NCBI GenBank assembly: GCA_039588295.1
Contig: JBDHAB010000006.1
Location: forward strand, 1 to 64,000
Direction: 5' to 3'
From: Gemmatimonadota bacterium
GTDB lineage: Bacteria; Gemmatimonadota; Gemmatimonadetes; Gemmatimonadales; GWC2-71-9
DNA: 64,000 nt
Within the stretch, counting starts at the first letter, position 1, and each line of letters begins with the position of its first letter. The position numbers and the translations under genes are program-made. Below are positions 41,495 to 51,145 of this stretch, one piece after another. Below the pieces are notes generated by a model. The model ran no database searches and was not told the DNA's origin. It was given only the letters and a program-made list of their open reading frames with translations.

Positions 41495-42418
41495 ATGAAA
41501 GAGTGGCGTGGAGGCATCTCGCTGCGGCTCGTGCTCATCGCCGCAACCGGCGCCTCGCTGGGTTCGTGTGGTCAGAGCAGAATCGAGAACAAGGTGCTGG
41601 TGATCGGTTTGGATGGGGTGCGGGTCGACGTTCTCGCGGAGGCACAAACGCCGTCGCTCGACTCACTCATCGCCGAGGGGACATTCAGCGCCGCGGCGCT
41701 CACGGGAGAGCCGACGGTCAGCGGCCCGGGATGGTCCAGCATGCTGACCGGTGTGTGGCCGGCGAAGCATGGCGTCCACGGTAACAACTTCACGGGCAAC
41801 GCGTACGATGCCTATCCCGACTTCTTGACCCGCCTGGAGCGCATGGACTCCAGCTACTCCACATTCGCTGTTGTCGACTGGCCGCCGCTTGGCTCCACCG
41901 AATCCGGGGGTCCGCTTCTCAGCCATGCTATCGACACGAAGCACACCTTCAACGGTGACGAGCTAGGGTATGATGTCACGGACTCGCTGTCGGCTGTCGT
42001 TGCGACTCAGTTTCTCGAAAATGAGGCAGTGGACGCAGCGTTCGTGTACTTCGGGGACATTGACGTGGTGGGCCACGAGACCGGATCACTCTCAGATGAG
42101 TACCGCGCGGCGATTGAGGCTGCTGACCGGCAGGTGGGGGCGCTGCTCGAGGCCGTTCGCCGTCGCCCGACCTACGATCGAGAGAACTGGCTGATTCTGG
42201 TGAGCACTGACCACGGTCGCCGCGACGACGGCGGACACGGGGGGCTTTCCGACAAGGAGCGGACCATCTTCTACCTTGCAGCCGGACCCTCGGCGATCAA
42301 GGCGCAGGTGCTGACACCCCCGAGAATCGTTGACGTGGCAACGACGGCGCTGGCACACCTCGGCGTCCGGGTCCAACCCTCGTGGGGGCTCGACGGGCGC
42401 ATCGTCGGATTGCAGTAG
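41495..42418 (+). CDS. Alkaline phosphatase superfamily / nucleotide pyrophosphatase-phosphodiesterase lipoprotein
   Basis: Lipobox LGSC; VIGLDGVR, TVSGPGWSSMLTG, DVVGH, STDHG..GGHG. Confidence 0.85.
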   Translation: MKEWRGGISLRLVLIAATGASLGSCGQSRIENKVLVIGLDGVRVDVLAEAQTPSLDSLIAEGTFSAAALTGEPTVSGPGWSSMLTGVWPAKHGVHGNNFTGNAYDAYPDFLTRLERMDSSYSTFAVVDWPPLGSTESGGPLLSHAIDTKHTFNGDELGYDVTDSLSAVVATQFLENEAVDAAFVYFGDIDVVGHETGSLSDEYRAAIEAADRQVGALLEAVRRRPTYDRENWLILVSTDHGRRDDGGHGGLSDKERTIFYLAAGPSAIKAQVLTPPRIVDVATTALAHLGVRVQPSWGLDGRIVGLQ

Positions 42419-42423
42419 CAGGC

Positions 42424-43620
42424 GTGTCCGACCCCCACGACATCTTCCTTGCGGAGTTCGGTCCGCCTGGCCCGACGCATCGGGTGCGGGTGCCCGGCCG
42501 GGTGAACCTGATCGGTGACCATATCGACTACGCGGGTCTCGCGGTCCTGCCGATCGCCCTGCAGCGGACCATCGTCGCGTATGTGCGGGCGCGGACCGAC
42601 AGGTCAGTGCGGGCAGTCAATGCCGACCGAGGCTTTCTCGACCGCCGGTTCGACGTGCACTCCACAATCCAGCCGTTTGCGGCCGGCGATTGGGGCAACT
42701 ACCTCAAGGCGGCGGTGCAAGGGCTCGAGCGTCGCTACGGCCCCCTGCGCGGTTTCGATGCAGCTCTTGGATCGACCATCCCGGTTGCGTCGGGGCTCAG
42801 CTCTTCGTCGGCGCTGGTCGTGACCACGGGCCTCTGTCTCGCAGCGGTGAGTGGACTGGACGTGGCGCCGGAGCAGTTCGCCGAGGATCTCGCCGACGCA
42901 GAGCGCTACGTCGGAACGCGAGGTGGCGGGATGGACCAGGCCATCTGTCTGAGTGCGGTCGACGGTGCGGCGTCGCGGGTGGAATTCGATCCGCTCCGGC
43001 TGACGTCAATCTCGGTACCTGGCAATTGGCGGTTTGTGGTCTCGTCGAGTCTGGTTCCCGCCCCGAAGTCGGGGGCAGCGCGAGACACCTACAATAGCAG
43101 ACGTCAGGATAGCGAAACGGCACTGCGCACGCTCTCCGCGCATCTTGGCGGTGTCGACGTTCGCTCCTACCGAGAGTTGGTGGGCAGTCGGCCGCTGGCA
43201 GATCTGTTGGGAACGGCCGAAGGCTACCTCGATCGAGTCTTGCTGCAGCGCTTTCGACACGTCGTCACTGAAAGCGATCGCGTTCATCGCGCCGAACAGG
43301 CGATGCGAGGTGCCGACGCCGAAACCTTCGGCCGGCTCATGTCGGAGTCGCACTGCAGCTTGCGAGATGACTACGCGGTCAGCTGTTTGGAGTTGGACGA
43401 GCTTGTCGAGCTCGCCATGTCGGCCGGTGCGTTGGGTGCGCGCCTGACCGGTGCTGGATTTGGAGGCTGCAGCGTCGCGCTTTGCCTTCGAGAAGAGGTC
43501 GACGCCGTTATGGCCGCGCTACGGGATGGTTTCTACGGGCCGCGGGGTGTTCGAGCGGCTACTGAGGAACATCTCTTTGTCGCAACCCCGTCGGCAGGTG
43601 CCGGCGTCGCCCTCCTGTAG
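42424..43620 (+). CDS. galK: Galactokinase family GHMP kinase (possibly GalNAc kinase)
   Basis: GRVNLIGDHIDY, PVASGLSSSSA, GGGMDQ, GARLTGAGFGGC. Confidence 0.88.
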   Translation: MSDPHDIFLAEFGPPGPTHRVRVPGRVNLIGDHIDYAGLAVLPIALQRTIVAYVRARTDRSVRAVNADRGFLDRRFDVHSTIQPFAAGDWGNYLKAAVQGLERRYGPLRGFDAALGSTIPVASGLSSSSALVVTTGLCLAAVSGLDVAPEQFAEDLADAERYVGTRGGGMDQAICLSAVDGAASRVEFDPLRLTSISVPGNWRFVVSSSLVPAPKSGAARDTYNSRRQDSETALRTLSAHLGGVDVRSYRELVGSRPLADLLGTAEGYLDRVLLQRFRHVVTESDRVHRAEQAMRGADAETFGRLMSESHCSLRDDYAVSCLELDELVELAMSAGALGARLTGAGFGGCSVALCLREEVDAVMAALRDGFYGPRGVRAATEEHLFVATPSAGAGVALL

Positions 43621-43644
43621 GCACGGCACGCAGGTCAGTGGTTT

Positions 43645-45411
43645 CTAGCCAAAGCCAACGCGCGGCAACGCCTTGAACAGCCCCGCTGCAGCGACTGCAA
43701 CAATCACGGCGCACGCGATCCCCGGACCGACACTCCCGTACACGATGAATCCGGTTCCGAAGAGCGCCGCGTACACCACCACACACCCAAGGAACCAGCA
43801 GAGGAACGCGGCTGGTAGGCTTTCACCGCCGTCGGTCGGCTCGACGCGTACAACGGCACGCCATCCACGACCGAACGGACGGATACGGTCATAAAACGAT
43901 TGAAGCGTCGTGGCGGCCGCCGCCGGCGTGACGAGGGTAACGGCAATCCAGCCCACCGTCGTGATGGCAACTCCGATGACGAGCTCGACCGAGGCGTGGA
44001 GGGCCGGCCGACCCAACGCTTCGTGTACGAACTGGAAGTACACGGCCACGAGGAACGACAGGATCATGGCGGCGATCTCGCTCCACGCGTTGATCCGCCA
44101 CCAAAACCACCGCAAGAGGAAGATGAGTCCGGTGCCGGCTCCGATCTGCAACAGGATCTGGAACGCTTGCAGCGCGTTCTCCAGCCAAAGAGAAAGCATG
44201 GACGCCAGCATAACCAACACGATGGTTGCGACGCGTCCGACCGCAACGTAATGCCGCTCGGCTCGGTCTCTACTGACAAAACGCCGGTAGACGTCATCGA
44301 CGATGTAGGACGCACCCCAGTTGAGGTGGGTGCTGATGGTCGACATGTACGCCGCGGCGAGTGATGCCACAACCAGACCGAGGAGTCCATGCGGAACGAA
44401 GACGAGCATAGCCGGATAGGCCAAGTCATGCCGCACGATCGACGGGTCGAGGTTGGGGAATCTCGCCGTGATGGATTCGAGGCTCGGGTAGACGAGCAGG
44501 GAGGCCAGAGCAACGATGATCCACGGCCATGGGCGCAGAGCATAGTGGGCGACGTTGAACCACAACGTCGCGAGCATCGACTCTCGTTCGTTCCGTGCCG
44601 CCAGCATGCGCTGCGCGACGTAGCCACCGCCGCCCGGTTCCGCCCCGGGGTACCAGGTGCTCCACCATTGGATGGCGATTGGCACGATCAGCACGATGGC
44701 TACGGTTCGCCAATCGGCGAAGTCCGGTAAGAGCGAGAGCTTGCCGGCGAGATCCGGGCTGGCGACGAGACCCGCGAGGCCTCCCACTTCGGGCTGCTGG
44801 AGCGCGAAATAGGCGGCAGCGATCGAGCCGATCATTGAAATCACGAACAGCAGGAGGTCGGTCACGACCACGCCCCACAGCCCCGAAGTCGCGGAGTACA
44901 GTGCGGTTGCCGAGCCGGCGATGAGGACCGTCGAGTACTTGTCCAGGCCGAGGAGGACGCCGGAGATCTTGATCGCGGCGAGCGTGACACTCGCCATGAT
45001 GACGACGTTGAAGAATACTCCCAGATAGAGGGCCCTGAATCCGCGCAAGAACGCCGCCGGCCGGCCCGAGTAGCGCAGCTCGTAGAAACCGATGTCGGTG
45101 AGTGCGCTGGAACGGCGCCAGAGCTTGGCGTAGAAGAACACCGTGCACATCCCGGTGATCAGGAACGCCCACCACATCCAGTTCTGGCTCACCCCGCCGG
45201 TTCGCACGAGGTCCGTGACGAGGTTGGGGGTATCGGTGGAAAACGTGGTTGCCACCATGGAGGTCCCGAGCAGCCACCATGGGAGCTTGCGACCGGAGAG
45301 AAAGAACTCCTGCGTGCCCTTGCCGGCTCGTCGCGCGAAGAAGAGCCCCACCGCCACCACGACCATTCCGTAGAGGGCGATCACGCTCCAGTCGACGCCA
45401 ATCAGTTGCAT
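43645..45411 (-). CDS. Sodium:solute symporter family protein
   Basis: FFLSGRKLPWW, SMVATTFSTDTP, AQRML, AAYMST; many TM segments. Confidence 0.92.
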   Translation of the reverse strand: MQLIGVDWSVIALYGMVVVAVGLFFARRAGKGTQEFFLSGRKLPWWLLGTSMVATTFSTDTPNLVTDLVRTGGVSQNWMWWAFLITGMCTVFFYAKLWRRSSALTDIGFYELRYSGRPAAFLRGFRALYLGVFFNVVIMASVTLAAIKISGVLLGLDKYSTVLIAGSATALYSATSGLWGVVVTDLLLFVISMIGSIAAAYFALQQPEVGGLAGLVASPDLAGKLSLLPDFADWRTVAIVLIVPIAIQWWSTWYPGAEPGGGGYVAQRMLAARNERESMLATLWFNVAHYALRPWPWIIVALASLLVYPSLESITARFPNLDPSIVRHDLAYPAMLVFVPHGLLGLVVASLAAAYMSTISTHLNWGASYIVDDVYRRFVSRDRAERHYVAVGRVATIVLVMLASMLSLWLENALQAFQILLQIGAGTGLIFLLRWFWWRINAWSEIAAMILSFLVAVYFQFVHEALGRPALHASVELVIGVAITTVGWIAVTLVTPAAAATTLQSFYDRIRPFGRGWRAVVRVEPTDGGESLPAAFLCWFLGCVVVYAALFGTGFIVYGSVGPGIACAVIVAVAAAGLFKALPRVGFG

Positions 45412-45414
45412 GTG

Positions 45415-46323
45415 CTACGACAGCCCCTGCCAGAGGAGCTTGGGATAGTGGCCGGTTGCGGTCAGTTGCACAATCCTATGCGCCACCGCTGGGGTATCCT
45501 GGGCGTAGGTGATGCCGAGCCATTCCTCATGTGTCGTCAAGATTCGGACTTGGAGTCCTTGCCGAAGGACCTCCGCACGGAGGGCATGACTCAACAGGAA
45601 TTCCGCGGTCTGATCGTGTGTCTGTTCATCGAGGAATGCATCGAACTGTCGCTTCAGCATGGCTAAGGCGCGATGTGGCAGACCCCAGAGGTTCATGGAC
45701 GTGATCTCGTCGCCGGTGAGCGTAATTGCCTTGTGGTCTTCGATCACTCCGCGGATCACATCCCCGCTCTTCATCACACCGAGAACCTCGACCAGATCGG
45801 CCAAATGGCCCTCGGTGGTTGGCCGGCAGATGGCTCGAGACACGCCGCCGAACTGGGATAGCGTGGTCCTCAGCGGATAGCCGACGAGTGCGGCCACGTC
45901 GGGCTGATCGCACAGATGCGTGTGTAGCATGGCGTACGCGTCGGGCCCGTAGTAGTCGTCCGCGTTGCAGACCGCGAAGGGTCCATGCAGTAGTGCTCCG
46001 GCCGCCAACAACGCGTGTCCCGTCCCCCATGGTTTTCGTCGACGCTGGTGTGCGGAGGACGGTAGTGAAGCCCCGTCCAGTGTCTGAGTTGCAAACGTGA
46101 CCGGGAGCGTCTCGCGAAACTGCTTGACCACGTGTGTCTTGAACCGTTCTTCCATTCCTGACGGCACTACGAGCACAAAGCGCCCGAACCCGGCTTGCTT
46201 GGCGTCGTAGATCCCGTAATCCATGAGAGCGGCGCCGTGAGGTCCGATGGGCTCGAGCTGCTTGAGGCGTCCAAAGCGACTGGCGGCTCCGGCTGCGAGC
46301 ACGACCAGCGTCAGTTGAGTCAC
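45415..46323 (-). CDS. Sugar-phosphate nucleotidyltransferase
   Basis: LAAGAASRFGRLKQL, KPWGTGHA, NADDYYG; GGAGGA RBS before the GTG start. Confidence 0.85.
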   Translation of the reverse strand: MTQLTLVVLAAGAASRFGRLKQLEPIGPHGAALMDYGIYDAKQAGFGRFVLVVPSGMEERFKTHVVKQFRETLPVTFATQTLDGASLPSSAHQRRRKPWGTGHALLAAGALLHGPFAVCNADDYYGPDAYAMLHTHLCDQPDVAALVGYPLRTTLSQFGGVSRAICRPTTEGHLADLVEVLGVMKSGDVIRGVIEDHKAITLTGDEITSMNLWGLPHRALAMLKRQFDAFLDEQTHDQTAEFLLSHALRAEVLRQGLQVRILTTHEEWLGITYAQDTPAVAHRIVQLTATGHYPKLLWQGLS

Positions 46324-46460
46324 GGGCGGCTCCTCCCAGGCTCTTGCTTGTCCCTCAGCTTCCCGATATGCTAGCGAGCGAAGAGGAGATACCTCTCTCT
46401 CTCGACCCCCGCAAGGTGTAGGGGTCGCCGCGGCTTCCACGCGCACGCCGGACTCACCGC

Positions 46461-46931
46461 ATGAACGCTGATCCCGACGGCGTGAAGCGACTGGTCTCGG
46501 CGCGGCAGGCGGTCACGCTGATGGCGAGCAGTAGCCAGCGCGTACACACAGCTTCCCTCGCAGAGATTCTGGCGGGGTCCGATTGCTCAACGGTGGTGTT
46601 GGAGGCACGGCTTTCGAACGGTGACGAATTGATGGCGCACATCTTGATGGACTTCGTGCAGCCTGCGGAGCTGGAGCTAGCCGTCCCACGTGTCGAGGGC
46701 GAGGTTGAGCGAGTTCCACGTGGATACCGATTGACGTTGACGTCGAACTCGCTGGTGAGGAACGTGGAGCCTTCCCCGGACGTGGCTGCGGCCCAGTTCT
46801 CTGACAATTTCTTCGACTTGCTGCCCCGCGGGCACAAGACCGTGCAGCTCGCGACGACTGAGCGATTGAACGTCACGGAGGTGTTGGAAATCAGAACGAT
46901 GGTAGATTCCTGCAGAGCGCTGCATGCATAA
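46461..46931 (+). CDS. Isolated C-terminal Ig-like domain of a GH2 beta-mannosidase (possible gene remnant)
   Basis: FSDNFFDLLP...LEIRTMVD resembles the beta-mannosidase C-terminus; no catalytic domain upstream. Confidence 0.55.
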   Translation: MNADPDGVKRLVSARQAVTLMASSSQRVHTASLAEILAGSDCSTVVLEARLSNGDELMAHILMDFVQPAELELAVPRVEGEVERVPRGYRLTLTSNSLVRNVEPSPDVAAAQFSDNFFDLLPRGHKTVQLATTERLNVTEVLEIRTMVDSCRALHA

Positions 46932-48156
46932 CGTCGCTTCGACAGATCAGATACGCGCATACTTCCCGGCGCTGCAACGTAGAGAAGCCGGCTACCCCGT
47001 TGCCTATTTCGACGGTCCAGGTGGGACGCAGGTTCCACATCCCGTTGTCGACGCGGCGACAGACTACCTCTATCATCACAACGCCAACACGCATTGGAAC
47101 TACCCGACTTCCAGTGAGACCGATGCATCGCTCGAGCACGCGCGCCGCGTGTTTGCCGGGTTCTTGCATTCGGCTCCAGAGGAAATCGTGTTCGGTGCTA
47201 ACATGACGACCCTCACGTTCCATCTCGCGAGGGCGCTCGGGAGAAGGCTCTCCGCCGGGGACGAGATCATCGTGACGGAGCTGGACCATCACGCCAACAT
47301 CGCCCCCTGGCAGGCGCTCGAGGCGGAACGGGGTGTGCGGGTCCGTTGGGCCCGCATGATTCCTGAGACCGGGCAGCTCGACCGGGAACATCTCGAAGGC
47401 CTTGTCAATGCGCGTACGAAGGTCGTGGCAGTCGGAGCAGCGGCGAACGCGCTGGGAACCGTCAACGATGTTCGCGCGGTTGCGGATTGGGCACACGCGG
47501 TAGGGGCCCTCGTGTTTGTGGACGGCGTCCACTACGCACCACACGCACTGCCAGACATGCAAGCCTTCGATTGCGATTTTTTCGCCTGCTCGCCGTACAA
47601 GTTCTATGGCCCGCATCTCGGAGTGCTGTTTGGACGGCGCGAGCTGCTCGACTCGCTGGAGTTCGCAGAACTCGAGCCGGCGTCCCATGTGGCACCCGAA
47701 CGGGCGGAGACCGGGACCCTGAATCATGAGGGTATCGTCGGTGCCGCCGCGGGTGTCGAATGGCTGGGATCCCTCGCTGAAGGCAGCGCGCTCCGCACGC
47801 GCCTTGCGACCACATACCGAGTGCTCGAGCAGCGCGGCGGCGAGCTCTTCGCCGCGATGTGGGAGGGACTGACCGCAGTGCCTGGCGTTCGGCTGTACGG
47901 CCCGCCACCCAATGCGCCGCGGACGCCGACCCTGGCGCTCACCGTTGACGGCACGCCATCCTCACGCGTGACACGGCAGTTGGCCGAACGGGGTGTCTTC
48001 ACGTCGCACGGGGATTTCTATGCGCTGACCGTGGTCGAACGCCTCGGGCTGCTTCCCGAGGGACTCGTTCGCGCGGGCTGCGCCTGCTACACCACCGCGG
48101 AGGAAGTCGACCGTCTCATAGGGGGGATACGCGCGTTGGCCGACGGTGGCGCGTAG
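46924..48156 (+). CDS. Cysteine desulfurase-like PLP protein (Rv3778c/VC1184 subfamily)
   Basis: YFDGPGGTQVP, GANMT, LDHHANIAPW, DGVHYAPH, CSPYKFYGPH, ETGT. Confidence 0.9.
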   Translation: MHNVASTDQIRAYFPALQRREAGYPVAYFDGPGGTQVPHPVVDAATDYLYHHNANTHWNYPTSSETDASLEHARRVFAGFLHSAPEEIVFGANMTTLTFHLARALGRRLSAGDEIIVTELDHHANIAPWQALEAERGVRVRWARMIPETGQLDREHLEGLVNARTKVVAVGAAANALGTVNDVRAVADWAHAVGALVFVDGVHYAPHALPDMQAFDCDFFACSPYKFYGPHLGVLFGRRELLDSLEFAELEPASHVAPERAETGTLNHEGIVGAAAGVEWLGSLAEGSALRTRLATTYRVLEQRGGELFAAMWEGLTAVPGVRLYGPPPNAPRTPTLALTVDGTPSSRVTRQLAERGVFTSHGDFYALTVVERLGLLPEGLVRAGCACYTTAEEVDRLIGGIRALADGGA

Positions 48157-48210
48157 AGTCGATGTGCGACGGTGACGCCAGTCGCCGAAACCGTGCCCGC
48201 TGTTCCTTCT

Positions 48211-48858
48211 CTAGAATCCGAACGACACGCCGATTGACACGACCGGGTAAAACCGCACCCAGTTGATGTCGTCTTCGAACGCCACTTCCTCCCGCTGCAG
48301 CTCCGTTTGAAACGTCGGATCCGTCGAGATCGGGCCGCTTGCCGCGAGCTGAGCCTCGGGCTTCCCGTGAAACGCTAGCCCAAAGTCGAGAATGAACCCG
48401 AGTCCTCGCTTGGCGATGTTGCCAAATCCGATGCCGAGGTACGGAGCCAGCTCGTTCGTTGCAACCACCGCACTCAGGGTGCCGACGTCCGCCGCTGTGT
48501 AGGTGACGTTCCCGATGTCGACGGAACTGAGAAGCGTTCCTGTTGCCCCGGGGTCTTCCGTGGACAAACGGGCGCCGCCGCTCAGCCGCAGCCCACCCAC
48601 GAGGAAGAGATCCACCATTGCGGTGAGCTGGGGTGAAGGAATGTCAAACTCGTACTTGATATCAGCGAGCGTAATGCTCGGAGTTATGGGGAAAAGGTTC
48701 GCTCCGACCCGCACTCCCACGCGATCGTTGACTGAGATGCCGACATCGGCCCCCAGTCCCATCGTCCCCACGTGAGGGGCGACGCCAATGCTCTGTGCGG
48801 TCACCACCGATGTCCCAACCACGGCCACGACGCTGAGAAGAGAGAGGACGCGCGTCAT
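48211..48858 (-). CDS. Small outer-membrane beta-barrel protein
   Basis: Signal peptide; GTMGLG, APYLGIGFG, terminal YPVVSIGVSFGF. Confidence 0.75.
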   Translation of the reverse strand: MTRVLSLLSVVAVVGTSVVTAQSIGVAPHVGTMGLGADVGISVNDRVGVRVGANLFPITPSITLADIKYEFDIPSPQLTAMVDLFLVGGLRLSGGARLSTEDPGATGTLLSSVDIGNVTYTAADVGTLSAVVATNELAPYLGIGFGNIAKRGLGFILDFGLAFHGKPEAQLAASGPISTDPTFQTELQREEVAFEDDINWVRFYPVVSIGVSFGF

Positions 48859-49056
48859 AGAGAACCCCGAGTGTGAGTCCCGAATACTTTCAGGTCTGTC
48901 GTGTATACCATAAGAGAACGTCTGTGGCACACGGTGGCAACGATGTGAGCAGTGGAGTGGTTGACGTGCGTGGAGCGTTCGTTCGGTCACGCGTGCTTGC
49001 GGAGGCCGTCGGGGCGGAACAGATTCCGACGACTGGAGAGGGATGGATCGGACGTT

Positions 49057-49716
49057 ATGCTGGGCATCTACATTTTCGCCGCGATTGTTGGCGGAGGGCT
49101 ACTCCTTCTCTCCGTGCTGGGCGGTGGGGAACACGACGCCCATGCGGATGCCTCGGGATTCGATGCGGACCACGACATCGGCCACGACCTGGGGCACGAC
49201 ATCAGCCACGACGTGGGACACGACGTCGGGCATGACGCCGATGCGGTTCACCATGTTCATGGTGGTGCCGGTGAAATCGTCCTCGGCCTGTTTCGGCCGC
49301 GCAACGTGACTTTCTTCCTCGCAGGATTCGGGCTGACCGGGACGCTGCTCACGCTTCTCAGCCCGTCGAGCGCCGGAGCCAGCCTGATTCCCTCGGTGGT
49401 CATGGGGTTCGGCGCCATGGTCGTGACGCACGGTGTGTTCACGTGGCTGCGGCGCAGCGAGAGTGCGGTCGATCTCGTGAGCGATGCTGACATGGAGGGG
49501 TGTCTCGGGCGCGTCGTGTTGCCGCTGGCTCCGGGAGAGCGCGGACGCATCGCGTGCAAGGTGGGCGGCCGCGAGGTTTACCTCGTCGCGATACTCGCCG
49601 AGGGGTATGTGGAGGCACTTCCACCGGGACGTGAAGTCGTGGTGCTGCGCGTATCGGAAACCGTTGCGCACGTCATGCCGTTCGAGTCACGCGAGCTTCC
49701 ACCTTCAACTAGCTGA
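49057..49716 (+). CDS. NfeD-like membrane protein with His/Asp-rich loop (flotillin partner)
   Basis: TM segments, FFLAGFGLTG, C-terminal OB-fold GRVVLPL..GERGRI; directly upstream of flotillin. Confidence 0.8.
   Translation: MLGIYIFAAIVGGGLLLLSVLGGGEHDAHADASGFDADHDIGHDLGHDISHDVGHDVGHDADAVHHVHGGAGEIVLGLFRPRNVTFFLAGFGLTGTLLTLLSPSSAGASLIPSVVMGFGAMVVTHGVFTWLRRSESAVDLVSDADMEGCLGRVVLPLAPGERGRIACKVGGREVYLVAILAEGYVEALPPGREVVVLRVSETVAHVMPFESRELPPSTS
49171..49242 (+). repeat. Six imperfect 12-nt tandem repeats encoding (HDxG)n
   Basis: CACGAC/CATGAC recurs at 49171, 49183, 49195, 49207, 49219, 49231. Confidence 0.85.
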
Positions 49717-49723
49717 GGGACGT

Positions 49724-50992
49724 ATGGACCCAACTGCCGGAGTGATCCTTGGAGGGATAGCTCTCGGACTCGTCGGAGCGCTGATCTACGCCGTGCGTTC
49801 CTTGATCGTGATCTGTCTACCCAACGAGATGGTGGTCGTCACTGGCCGGAGTCGTGTCGCGGCGGACGGTCGTCGGATCGGCTACCGCGTTCTCCACGGT
49901 GGGCGCACCTTGCGCATTCCCATCGTGGAGCGGGTTTCGCGCATCGATCTGACCACGATCCCGCTCGATGTGACCGTGCGCAATGCGTACTCCAAGGGTG
50001 GAATTCCGTTGATCGTTCAGGGCATCGCAAACGTGAAGGTCAGTGCCCGCGATCCCACCTCTCACAACGCGGTCGAGCGACTGCTGGACAAGCCGTTCGA
50101 GGAGTTGATGCATATCGCGAAGGACACCTTGGAGGGCAATCTCAGAGGCGTGCTGGCTACACTCACGCCGGAAGAGGCCAACGAGGACCGACTGAAGTTC
50201 GCGCATCGGCTCATCGAGGAGGCGGACGAAGATCTCAAGAAGCTTGGCTTGGAACTCGACACGCTGAAGATCCAAAGTCTCACCGATGAGGTGAACTATC
50301 TGGACTCGATTGGGCGGCAGCAGACGGCGGAGATCCTCAAGAAGGCCCGTGTGGCCGAGGCGCAGCGCGCATCCGAGGCGGAGCAAACGGAAGCGGGTGC
50401 GCGCCAAGCCGCGCAGGTCGCGGCGATCCAAGCCGATCTCGCCATTACCGAAGAAAACAACCGGCTCCGGGTACGTCGGGCCGAACTCGAAGCGGAAGCC
50501 CTTGCCCGCGAGGCCGAGGCAAAGGTCTCCGGCGAGAAGGCCCGCGTCGTGGCGGAGCAGGTTCTCCAGCACGAGCGCATCGCGCTGGAGCAGCGTCGTC
50601 TCGAAGCCGACGTGCTGCTCCCGGCACAGGCCGACCGAGAGGCGGCGGAGCAACGCGCCAAGGGGTCGGCAGCCACGATTGCCGAAGACGGCAAAGCACG
50701 GCTCTTCGTACTGGGGGAGACGATCAAGCTCTATGAATCTGCCGGCAGCGAAGCTGAACGCATCTTCATCTTGAATATGCTGCCGGACATCATCCACGAG
50801 ATTGCACACTCGGTCGAGGGCGTTGATATCGACAAGGTCACGGTGATCGACTCCGGAGGCCGCAGCACCGGCGTTGCCTCGGCTACGGGACAACTCCCCG
50901 AGGCGATCATCAAGCTGACGGAGCAGATCGAGACGGCCACAGGCGTGAATATCCTGAGTCGTCTGGGAGAGAAGTCGGCGAAGAAGTCGTAA
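49724..50992 (+). CDS. Flotillin/SPFH domain protein
   Basis: AYSKGGIPL..GIANVK, TLEGNLRGVLATLTPEE, AEA-rich coiled coil. Confidence 0.93.
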   Translation: MDPTAGVILGGIALGLVGALIYAVRSLIVICLPNEMVVVTGRSRVAADGRRIGYRVLHGGRTLRIPIVERVSRIDLTTIPLDVTVRNAYSKGGIPLIVQGIANVKVSARDPTSHNAVERLLDKPFEELMHIAKDTLEGNLRGVLATLTPEEANEDRLKFAHRLIEEADEDLKKLGLELDTLKIQSLTDEVNYLDSIGRQQTAEILKKARVAEAQRASEAEQTEAGARQAAQVAAIQADLAITEENNRLRVRRAELEAEALAREAEAKVSGEKARVVAEQVLQHERIALEQRRLEADVLLPAQADREAAEQRAKGSAATIAEDGKARLFVLGETIKLYESAGSEAERIFILNMLPDIIHEIAHSVEGVDIDKVTVIDSGGRSTGVASATGQLPEAIIKLTEQIETATGVNILSRLGEKSAKKS

Positions 50993-51023
50993 CCGCGGTT
51001 CCACCGTCCCGCACCGCTGCGAC

Positions 51024-51061
51024 CCACGGCCACCTGCTCGAGTTCGGGATGGTGGCCGTGG
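51024..51061 (+). terminator. Hairpin after flotillin (terminator-like, weak U-tract)
   Basis: CCACGGCCACC / GGTGGCCGTGG 11-bp stem. Confidence 0.45.
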
Positions 51062-51145
51062 CTTCACGAAGGCTTCACGGTCCATTCAATCTGCGCCGGA
51101 TAGGCTCCATGCCTCCCGTGCGCCGACCACCTACAACGAGACGAG

